Source: Azolla caroliniana
Taxonomy: Eukaryota > Plantae > Polypodiophyta
NCBI GenBank assembly: GCA_043228905.1
Contig: JBHGNT010000044.1
Location: forward strand, 124,001 to 188,000
Reading direction: 5' to 3'
DNA: 64,000 bases
Shown here: positions 39,871 to 51,400 of the stretch, piece by piece
How positions within the stretch are numbered: position 1 is the stretch's first letter
Layout of the letters: every line of letters starts with the position of its first letter
Notes under the pieces: generated by a model
Seen by the model: only the letters and a program-made list of their open reading frames with translations
The model's database searches: none
Told to the model about the DNA's origin: nothing
Made by a program: the position numbers and the translations under genes

Positions 39871-42800
39871 ATCAAGATCGAGAAAAATGACGAAAATAGG
39901 AAACATGATGAGGGAGTTGAGAAGAGCCCTTGACTAAATTAAAATGTTCATACCTGGCTCGTGTTAAATCCGATTTTTGTGTTCAAACATGCGAATCGAA
40001 GCTAACAACGCTAACTATGACATGGAATTAAAAAATCAAGATTTTGAAACTCAGGTCAAGAGACATGAAGAAATTAGCAAACTTGAGGAGGGAGTTGAGA
40101 GGAGCCCTTGAGTAAATTAAAATGTTCATACCTGGCTCGTGTGATATCGTGTTTTTCTGTTCAAACATGCGAATCGAAGCTAACAACGCTAGCTATGATA
40201 TGGATTTAAAAACTCAAGATTTTTAAACTCGGGTCAAGAGACATGACGAAATTACCAAATTTGAGGAGGGAGTTGAGAAGAGCTATTAGGTAAATTAAAA
40301 TGTTCATACCTGGCTCGTGTGATAAAGGATTTTTGTGTTCAAACATGCGAATCGAAGCTAACAACGCTAGCTATGATATGGAATTAAAAAATCAAGATTT
40401 TGAAACTCGGGTCGAGAGACATGAAGAAATTAGCAAACTTGAGGAGTGCGTTGAGAAGACCTAGTAGGTAAATTAAAATGTTCATACCTGGCTCGTGTGA
40501 TATCGGATTTTTGTATTCAAACATGCGAATCGAGGCTAACAACGCTACCTATGATCTGGAATTAAAAAATCAATATTTTGAAACTCGGGTCGAGAGACAT
40601 GATGAAAATAGAAAACTTGAGGAGGGAGTTGAGAAGAGCCCTTGACTAAATTAAACTGTTCATACCTGGCTCGTGTGATATCGAATTTTTCTGTTCAAAC
40701 ATGCGAATCGAAGCTTACAACGCTAGCTATGATATGGAATTAAAAAATCAAGATTTTGAAACTCAGGTCGAGAGAAATGATGAAAATAGAAAACATGAGG
40801 AGGGAGTTGAGAGGAGCCCTTGACTAAATTAAAATGTTCTTACCTGGCTCGTGTGATATCGGATTTTTGTGTTCAAACATGCGAATCGAAGCTAACAATG
40901 CTAGCTTTGATATGGAATTAAAAAATCAAGATTTTGAAACTCAGATTGAGAGACATTAAGAAATTAGCAAACTTGAGGAGGGAGTTGAGAAGAGCCCTTG
41001 ACTAAATTAAAATGTTCATACCTGGCTCGTGTGATATCGGATTTGTGTATTCAAACATGCGAGTCGAAGCTAACAACGCTAGCTATGATATGGAATTAAA
41101 AAAACAAGATATTGAAACTCGGGTCGAGAGACATGAAGAAATTAGCATACTTGAGGAGTGAGTTGAGAACACCTAGTAGGTAAATTAAAATGTTCTTACC
41201 TGGCTCGTGTGAAATCGGAGTTTTGTGTTCAAACATGCGAATCGAAGCTACCAACGCTAGCTATTATCTGGAATTATAAAATCAAGATTTTGAAACTTAG
41301 GCCGAGAGAAATGATGAAAATAGAAAACATGAGGAGGGAGTTGAGAAGAGCCCTTGACTAAATTAAAATGTTCATACCTGGCTCGTGTGATATCGGATTT
41401 GTGTATTCAATCATGCGAGTCGAAGCTAAGAACGCTAGCTATGATATGGAATTTAAAAATCAAGATTTTGAAACTCGGGTCGAGAGACATGAAGAAATTA
41501 GCAAACTTGAGGAGTGAGTTGAGAACACCTAGTAGGTAAATTAAAATGTTCTTACCTGGCTCGTGTGAAATCGGAGTTTTGTGTTCAAACATGCGAATCG
41601 AAGCTACCAACGCTAGCTATTATCTGGAATTATAAAATCAAGATTTTGAAACTCAGGTCAAGAGACATGAAGAAATTAGCAAACTTGAGGAGTGAGTTGA
41701 GAACACGTAGTAGGTAAATTAAAATGTATATACCTGGCTCGTGTGATATCGGATTTTTCTGTTCAAACATGTGAATCGAAGCTAACAACGCTAGCTATGA
41801 TATGGATTTAAAAACTCAAGATTTTGAAACTCAGGCCGAGAGAAATGATGAAAATAGAAAACATGAGGAGGGAGTTGAGAAGAGCTATTAGGTAAATTAA
41901 AATGTTCATACCTGGCTCGTGTGATATCGGATTTTTGTGTTCAAACATGCGAATCGAAGCTAACAACGCTAGCTATGATATGGAATTAAAAAATCAAGAT
42001 TTTGAAACTCGGGTCGAGAGACATAAAGAAATTACCAAACTTGAGGAGTGAGTTGAGAAGACCTAGTAGGTAAATTAAAATGTTCATACCTGGCTCCTGT
42101 GATATCGGATTGTTGTGTTCAAACCTGCGAATCGAAGCTAACAACGCTAGCTATTATTTGGAATTAAAAAATCAAGATTTTGAAACTCAGGCCGAGAGAA
42201 ATGATGAAAATAGAAAACATGAGGAGGGAGTTGAGAAGAGCCCTTGACTAAATTAAAATGTTCATACCTCGCTCGTGTGATATCGGATTTGTGTATTCAA
42301 ACATGCGAATCGAAGCTAACAACGCTAGCTATGATATGGAATTAAAAAATCAAGATTTTGAAACTCGGGTCGAGAGACATGAAGAAATTAGCAAACTTGA
42401 GGAGGGAGTTGAGAGGAGCCCTTGAGTAAATTAAAATGTTCATACCTGGCTCGTGTGATATCGGATTGTTGTGTTCAAACATGCGAATCGAAGCTAACAA
42501 CGATAGCTATGATATGGAATTAAAAAATCAAGATTTTGAAACTCAGGTCAAGAGACATGAAGAAATTAGCAAACTTGAGGAGGGAGTTGAGAGGAGCTAT
42601 TAGGTAAATTAAAATGTTCATACCTGGCTCGTGTGATATCGGATTTTTGTATTCAAACATGCGAATCGAAGCTCACAACGCTAGCTATGATATGTAATTA
42701 AAAAATCAAGATTTTGAAACTCGGGTCGGGAGACATGAAGAAATTAGCAAACTTGAGGAGTGAGTTGACAAGACCTAGTAGGTAAATTAAAATGTTCATA

Positions 42801-44964
42801 CCTGGCTCGTGTGATATCGGAGTTTTGTGTTCAAACATGCGAATCGAAGCTAACAACGCTAGCTATGATATGGAATTAAAAAATCAAGATTTTGAAACTC
42901 AGATTGAGAGACATGAAGAAATTAGCAAACATGAGGAGGGAGTTGAGAGGAGCCCTTCAGTAAATTAAAATGTTCATACCTGGCTCGTGTGATATCGGAT
43001 TTTTGTGTTCAAACATGCAAATCGAAGCTAACAACGCTAGCTATGATCTACAATTAAAAAATCAAGATTTTGAAACTGAGGTCAAGAGACATGAAGAAAT
43101 TAGCAAACTTGAGGAGGGAGTTGAGAGGAGCCCTTGAGTAAATTAAAATGTTCATACCTGGCTCGTGTGATATCGTATTTTTGTGTTCAAACATGCGAAT
43201 CGAAGCTAACAACGCTAGCTATGATATGGAATTAAAAAATCAAGATTTTGAAACTCAGGTCAAGAGACATGAAGAAATTAGCAAACTTGAGGAGTGAGTT
43301 GAGAAGACCTAGTAGGTAAATTAAAATGTTCATACCTGGCTCGTGTCATATCGCATTTTTGTGTTCAAACCTGCGAATCGAAGCTAACAATGCTAGCTAT
43401 TATTTGGAATTAAAAAATCAAGATTTTGAAACTCAGGCCGAGAGAAATGATGAAAATAGAAAACATGAGGAGGGAGTTGAGAAGAGCCCTTGAGTAAATT
43501 AAAATGTTCATACCTGGCTCGTGTGATATCGGATTTGTGTATTCAAACATGCGAATCGAAGCTAACAAGGCTAGCTATGATATGGAATTAAAAAATCAAG
43601 ATTTTGAAACTCGGGTCGAGAGACATGAAGAAATTAGCAAACTTGAGGAGTGAGTTGAGAACACCTAGTAGGTAAATTAAAATGTTCTTACCTGGCTCGT
43701 GTGAAATCGGAGTTTTGTGTTCAAACATGCGAATCGAAGCTACCAACGCTACCTATTATCTGGAATTATAAAATCAAGATTTTGAAACTCAGGTCAAGAG
43801 ACATGAAGAAATTAGCAAACTTGAGGAGTGAGTTGAGAACACCTAGTAGGTAAATTAAAATGTATATACCTGGCTCGTGCGATATCGGATTTTTCTGTTC
43901 AAACATGCGAATCGAAGCTAACAACGCTAGCTATGATATGGATTTAAAAACTCAAGATTTTTAAACTCGGGTCAAGAGACATGACGAAATTACCAAATTT
44001 GAGGAGGGAGTTGAGAAGAGCTATTAGGTAAATTAAAATGTTCATACCTGGCTCGTGTGATATAGGATTTTTGTGTTCAAACATGCGAATCGAAGCTAAC
44101 AACGCTAGCTATGATCTGGAATTAAAAAATCAAGATTTTGAAACTCGGGTCGAGAGACATGAAGAAATTAGCAAACTTGAGGAGTGAGTTGAGAACACCT
44201 AGTAGGTAAATTAAAATGTTCTTACCTGGCTCGTGTGAAATCGGAGTTTTGTGTTCAAACATGCGAATCGAAGCTACCAACGCTAGCTATTATCTGGAAT
44301 TATAAAATCAAGATTTTGAAACTCAGGTCAAGAGAAATGATGAAAATAGAAAACATGAGGAGGGAGTTGAGAAGAGCCCTTGACTAAATTAAAATGTTCA
44401 TACCTGGCTCGTGTGATATCGGATTTTTGTGTTCAAACATGCGAATCGAAGCTAACAACGCTAGCTATGATATGGAATTAAAAAATCAAGATTTTGAAAC
44501 TCAGGTCAAGAGACATGAAGAAATTAGGAAACTTGAGGAGGGAGTTGAGAGGAGCCCATGAGTAAATTAAAATGTTCATACCTGGCTCGTGTGATATCGG
44601 ATTTTTGTGTTCAAACATGCGAATCGAAGCTAACAACGCTAGCTATGATATGGAATTAAAAAGTCAAGATTTTGAAACTCGGGTCGGGAGTCATGAAGAA
44701 ATTAGCAAACTTGAGGAGTGAGTTGAGAAGACCTAGTAGGTAAATTAAAATGTTCATACCTGGCTCGTGTGATATCGTATTTTTGTGTTCAAACATGCGA
44801 TTCAAAGCTAACAACGCTAGCTATTATTTGGAATTAAAAAATCAAGATTTTGAAACTCAGGTCGAGAGACATGATGAAAATAGAAAACTTGAGAAGGGAG
44901 TTGAGAGGAGCCCTTGAAGAAATTAAAATGTTCATACCTCGCTCGTGTGATATCGGATTTTTGA

Positions 44965-47230
44965 AACTCGGGTCGAGAGACATGAAGAAATTAGCAAACT
45001 TGAGGAGGGAGTTGAGAAGAGCTATTAGGTAAATTAAAATGTTCATACCTGGCTCGTGTGATATCGGATTTTTGTATTCAAACATGCGAATCGAAGCTCA
45101 CAACGCTAGCTATGATATGTAATTAAAAAATCAAGATTTTGAAACTCGGGTCGAGAGACATGAAGAAATTAGCAAACTTGAGTTGTGAGTTGACAAGACT
45201 TAGGAGGTAAATTAAAATGTTCATACCTGGCTCGTGTGATATCGGATTTTTGTATTCAAACATGCGAATCGAAGCTAACAACGCTAGCTATGCTATGGAA
45301 TTAAAAAATCAAGATTTTGAAACTCGGGTCGAGAGACATGAAGAAATTAGCAAACTTGAGGAGTGAGTTGAGAAGACCTAGTAGGTAAATTAAAATATTC
45401 ATACCTGGCTCGTGTGATATCGGATTTTTGTGTTCAAATATGCGAATCGAACCTAACAACGCTAGCTATGATATGGAATTAAAAAATCAAGATTTTGAAA
45501 CTCGGGTCGAGAGACATGAAGAAATTAGCAAACTTGAGGAGTGAGTTGAGAAGACCTAGTAGGTAAATTAAAATGTTCATACCTGGCTCGTGTGATATCG
45601 TATTTTTGTGTTCAAACATGCGATTCAAAGCTAACAACGCTAGCTATAATTTGGAATTAAAAATCAAGATTTTGAAACTCAGGTCGAGAGACATGATGAA
45701 AATAGAAAACTTGAGGAGGGAGTTGAGAGGAGCCCTTGAGTAAATTAAAATGTTCATACCTCGCTCGTGTGATATCGGATTTTTGTGTTCAAACATGCGA
45801 ATCGAAGCTAACAACGCTAGCTATGATATGGAATTAAAAAATCAAGATTTTGACACTCAGATTGACAGACATGAAGAAATAAGCAAACATGAGGAGGGAG
45901 TTGAGAGGAGCCCTTGAGTAAATTAAAATGTTCATACCCGGCTCGTGTGATATCGGATTTTTGTGTTCAAACATGCAAATCGAAGCTAGCAACGCTAGCT
46001 ATGATCTACAATTAAAAAATCAAGATTTTGAAACTGAGGTCAAGAGACATGAAGAAATTAGCAAACTTGAGGAGGGAGTTGAGAGGAGCCCTTGAGTAAA
46101 TTAAAATGTTCATACCTGGCTCGTGTGATATCGTATTTTTGTGTTCAAACATGCGAATCGAAGCTAACAACGTTAGCTATGATATGGAGTTAAAAAATAC
46201 AGATTTTGAAACTCGGGTCGAGAGACATGAAGAAATTAGCAAACTTGAGGAGGGAGTTGAGAAGAGCTATTAGGTAAATTAAAATGTTCATACCTGGCTC
46301 GTGTGATATCGGATTTTTGTATTCAAACATGCGAATCGAAGCTCACAACGCTAGCTATGATATGTAATTAAAAAATCAAGATTTTGAAACTCGGGTCGAG
46401 AGACATGAAGAAATTAGCAAACTTGAGTTGTGAGTTGACAAGACTTAGCAGGTAAATTAAAATGTTCATACCTGGCTCGTGTGATATCGGATTTTTGTAT
46501 TCAAACATGCAAATCGAAGCTAACAACGCTAGCTATGCTATGGAATTAAAAAATCAAGATTTTGAACCTCGGGTCGAGAGACATGAAGAAATTAGCAACC
46601 TTGAGGAGTGAGTTGAGAAGACCTAGTAGGTAAATTAAAATATTCATACCTGGCTCGTGTGATATCGGATTTTTGTGTTCAAATATGCGAATCGAAGCTA
46701 ACAACGCTAGCTATGATATGGAATTAAAAAATCAAGATTTTGAAACTCGGGTCGAGAGACATGAAGAAATTAGCAAACTTGAGGAGTGAGTTGAGAAGAC
46801 CTAGTAGGTAAATTAAAATGTTCATACCTGGCTCGTGTGATATCGTATTTTTGTGTTCAAACATGCGATTCAAAGCTAACAACGCTAGCTATAATTTGGA
46901 ATTAAAAATCAAGATTTTGAAACTCAGGTCGAGAGACATGATGAAAATAGAAAACTTGAGGAGGGAGTTGAGAGGAGCCCTTGAGTAAATTAAAATGTTC
47001 ATACCTCGCTCGTGTGATATCGGATTTTTGTGTTCAAACATGCGAATCGAAGCTAACAACGCTAGCTATGATATGGAATTAAAAAATCAAGATTTTGACA
47101 CTCAGATTGACAGACATGAAGAAATAAGCAAACATGAGGAGGGAGTTGAGAGGAGCCCTTGAGTAAATTAAAATGTTCATACCCGGCTCGTGTGATATCG
47201 GATTTTTGTGTTCAAACATGCAAATCGAAG
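44965..47230 (+). repeat. 7-mer tandem duplication, 1245-bp period (unrelated to the 1247-bp HOR)
   Basis: AGTTGTGAGTTGACAAG at 45181/46426 and CATACCCGG at 45933/47178. 1245 = 7 x 178 - 1. Confidence 0.88.
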
Positions 47231-47669
47231 CTCACAACGCTAGCTATGATATGGAATTAAAAAATCAAGATTTTGAAACTCGGGTCGAGAGACATGAAGA
47301 AATTAGCAAACTTGAGGAGTGAGTTGACAAGACTTAGTAGGTAAATTAAAATGTTCATACCTGGCTCGTGTGATATCGGATTTTTGTATTCAAACATGCG
47401 AATCGAAGCTAACAACGCTAGCTATGATATGGAATTAAAAAATCAAGATTTTGAAACTCAGGTCAAGAGACATGAAGAAATTACCAAACTTGAGGAGGGA
47501 GTTGAGAAGACCTAGTAGGTAAATTAAAATGTTCCTACCTGGCTCGTGTGATATCGTATTTTTGTGTTCAAACATGCGATTCAAAGCTAACAACACTAGC
47601 TATAATTTGGAATTAAAAATAAAGATTTTGAAACTCAGGTCGAGAGACATGATGAAAATAGAAAACTTG

Positions 47670-48470
47670 AGGAGGGAGTTGAGAGGAGCCCTTGAGTAAA
47701 TTAAAATGTTCATACCTCGCTCGTGTGATATCGGATTTTTGTGTTCAAACATGCGAATCGAAGCTAACAACGCTAGCTATGATATGAAATTAAAAAATCA
47801 AGATTTTGAAACTCGGGTCGAGAGACATGAAGAAATTAGCAAACTTGAGGAGGGAGTTGAGAAGACCTAGTAGGGAGGGAGTTGAGAGGAGACATGAAGA
47901 AATTAGCAAACTTGAGGAGGGAGTTGAGAGGAGCCCTTGAGTAAATTAAAATGTTCATACCTGGCTCGTGTGATATCGGATTTTTGTGTTCAAACATGCG
48001 AATCGAAGCTAACAATGCTAGCTACGATATGGAATTAAAAAATCAAGATTTTGAAACTCAGGACGAGAGACATGATGAAAATAGAAAACTTGGGGAGGGA
48101 GTTGAGAGGAGCCCTTGAGTAAATTAAAATGTTCATACCTCGCTCGTGTGATATCGGATTTTTGTGTTCAAACATGCGAATCGAAGCTAACAACGCTAGC
48201 TATGATATGAAATTAAAAAATCAAGATTTTGAAACTCGGGTCGAGAGACATGAAGAAATTAGCAAACTTGAGGAGTGAGTTGAGAAGACCTAGTAGGGAG
48301 GGAGTTGAGAGGAGACATGAAGAAATTAGCAAACTTGAGGGAGTTGAGAGGAGCCCTTGAGTAAATTAAAATGTTCATACCTGGCTCGTGTGATATCGGA
48401 TTTTTGTGTTCAAACATGCGAATCGAAGCTAACAATGCTAGCTACGATATGGAATTAAAAAATCAAGATT
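47670..48470 (+). repeat. 423-bp tandem duplication carrying a 67-bp rearranged insertion
   Basis: The junction TAGGGAGGGAGTTGAGAGGAGACATGAAG occurs at 47871 and 48294. 423 = 2 x 178 + 67. Confidence 0.9.
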
Positions 48471-51400
48471 TTCAAACTCAGGTCGAGAGACATGATGAAA
48501 ATAGAAAACTTGAGGAGGGAGTTGAGAGGAGCCCTTGAAGAAATTAAAATGTTCATACCTCGCTCGTGTGATATCGGATTTTTGTGTTCAAACATGCGAA
48601 TCGAAGCTAACAACGCTAGCTATGATATGAAATTAAAAAATCAAGATTTTGAAACTCGGGTCGAGAGACATGAAGAAATTAGCAAACTTTAGGAGGGAGT
48701 TGAGAAGAGCTATTAGGTAAATTAAAATGTTCATACCTGGCTCACGTGATATCGGATTTTTGTATTCAAACATGCGAATCGAAGCTCACAACGCTAGCTA
48801 TGATATGGAATTAAAAAATCAAGATTTTGAAACTCGGGTCGAGAGACATGAAGAAATTAGCAAACTTGAGGAGTCAGTTGACAAGACTTAGTAGGTAAAT
48901 TAAAATGTTCATACCTGGCTCGTGTGATATCGGATTTTTGTATTCAAACATGCGAATCGAAGCTAACAACGCTAGCTATGATATGGAATTAAAAAATCAA
49001 GATTTTGAAACTCAGGTCGAGAGACATGATGAAAATAGAAAACTTGAGGAGGGAGTTGAGAGGAGCCCTTGAGTAAATTAAAATGTTCATACCTGGCTCG
49101 TGTGATATCGGATTTTTGTGTTCAAACATGCGAATCGAAGCTAACAACGCTAGCTATGATATGGAATTAAAAAATCAAGATTTTGACACTCAGATTGAGA
49201 GACATGAAGAAATTAGCAAACATGAGGAGGGAGTTGAGAGGAGCCCTTGAGTAAATTAAAATGTTCATACCTGGCTCGTGTGATATCGGATTTTTGTGTT
49301 CAAACATGCAAATCGAAGCTAGCAACGCTAGCTATGATCTACAATTAAAAAATCAAGATTTTGAAACTGAGGTCAAGAGACATGAAGAAATTAGCAAACT
49401 TGAGGAGGGAGTTGAGAGGAGCCCTTGAGTAAATTAAAATGTTCATACCTGGCTCGTGTGATATCGGACTTTTGTATTCAAACATGCGAATCGAAGCTCA
49501 CAACGCTAGCTATGATATATAATTAAAAAATCAAGATTTTAAAACTCGGGTCGAGAGACATGAAGAAATTAGCAAACTTGAGGAGTGAGTTGACAAGACT
49601 TAGTAGGTAAATTAAAATGTTCATACCTGGCTCGTGTGATATCGGATTTTTGTATTCAAACATGCGAATCGAAGCTAACAACGCTAGCTATGATATGGAA
49701 TTAAAAAATCAAGATTTTGAAACTCGGGTCGAGAGACATGAAGAAATTAGCAAACTTGAGGAGTGAGTTGAGAAGACCTAGTAGGTAAATTAAAATGTTC
49801 ATACCTGGCTCGTGTGATATCGGATTTTTGTGTTCAAATATGCGAATCGAAGCTAACAACGCTAGCTATGATATGGAATTAAAAAATCAAGATTTTGAAA
49901 CTCGGGTCGAGAGACATGAAGAAATTAGCAAACTTGAGGAGTGAGTTGAGAAGACCTAGTAGGTAAATTAAAATGTTCATACCTGGCTCGTGTGATATCG
50001 TATTTTTGTGTTCAAACATGCGATTCAAAGCTAACAACGCTCGCTATAATTTGGAATTAAAAATAAAGATTTTGAAACTCAGGTCGAGAGACATGATGAA
50101 AATAGAAAACTTGAGGAGGGAGTTGAGAGGAGCCCTTGAGTAAATTAAAATGTTCATACCTCGCTCGTGTGATATCGGATTTTTGTGTTCAAACATGCGA
50201 ATCGAAGCTAACAACGCTAGCTATGATATGGAATTAAAAAATCAAGATTTTGAAACTCGGGTCGAGAGACATGAAGAAATTAGCAAACTTGAGGAGTGAG
50301 TTGAGAAGACCTAGTAGGTAAATTAAAATGTTCATACCTGGCTCGTGTGATATCGGATTTTTGTGTTCAAACATGCGAATCGAAGCTAACAACGCTAGCT
50401 ATGATATGGAATTAAAAAATCAAGATTTTGAAACTCGGGTCGAGAGACATGAAGAAATTAGCAAACTTGAGGAGTGAGTTGAGAAGACCTAGTAGGTAAA
50501 TTAAAATGTTCATACCTGGCTCGTGTGATATCGTACTATTGTATTCAAACATGCGATTCAAAGCTAACAACGCTAGCTATAATTTGGAATTAAAAATCAA
50601 GATTTTGAAACTCAGGTCGAGAGACATGATGAAAATAGAAAACTTGAGGAGGGAGTTGAGAGGAGCCCTTGAAGAAATTAAAATGTTCATACCTCGCTCG
50701 TGTGATATCGGATTTTTGTGTTCAAACATGCGAATCGAAGCTAACAACGCTAGCTATGATATGGAATTAAAAAATCAAGATTTTGAAACTCGGGTCGAGA
50801 GACATGAAGAAATTAGCAAACTTGAGGAGGGAGTTGAGAAGAGCTATTAGGTAAATTAAAATGTTCATACCTGGCTCGTGTGATATCGGATTTTTGTATT
50901 CAAACATGCGAATCGAAGCTCTCAACGCTAGCTATGATATGCAATTAAAAAATCAAGATTTTGAAACTCGGGTCGAGAGACATGAAGAAATTAGCAAACT
51001 TGAGGAGTGAGTTGACAAGACTTAGTAGGTAAATTAAAATGTTCATACCTGGCTCGTGTGATATCGGAGTTTTGTGTTCAAACATGCGAATCGAAGCTAA
51101 CAACGCTAGCTATGATATGGGATTACAAAACCAAGATTTTGAAACTCAGGTCAAGAGACATGAAGAAATTAGCAAACTTGAGGAGGGAGTTGAGAGGAGC
51201 CCTTGAGTAAATTAAAATGTTCATACCTGGCTCGTGTGATATCGGATTTTTGTGTTCAAACATGCGAATCGAAGCTAACAACGCTAGCTATGATATGGAA
51301 TTAAAAAATCAAGATTTTGAAACTCAGGTCAAGAGACATTAAGAAATTAGCAAACTTGAGGAGGGAGTTGAGAGGAGTCCTTGAGTAAATTAAAATGTTC

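Noticed and set aside
3013-41610. Minus-strand 67-96 aa ORFs (MLASIRMFEHK...) and short plus-strand ORFs (MSKLK...)
   Set aside because: These are chance open frames in the repeat created by single stop-removing variants. The hydrophobic look comes from T-rich sequence, and many rely on TTG/GTG starts.
47875-47916. Mobile element insertion or footprint
   Set aside because: The inserted bases derive wholly from the satellite, with no terminal repeats or foreign sequence.
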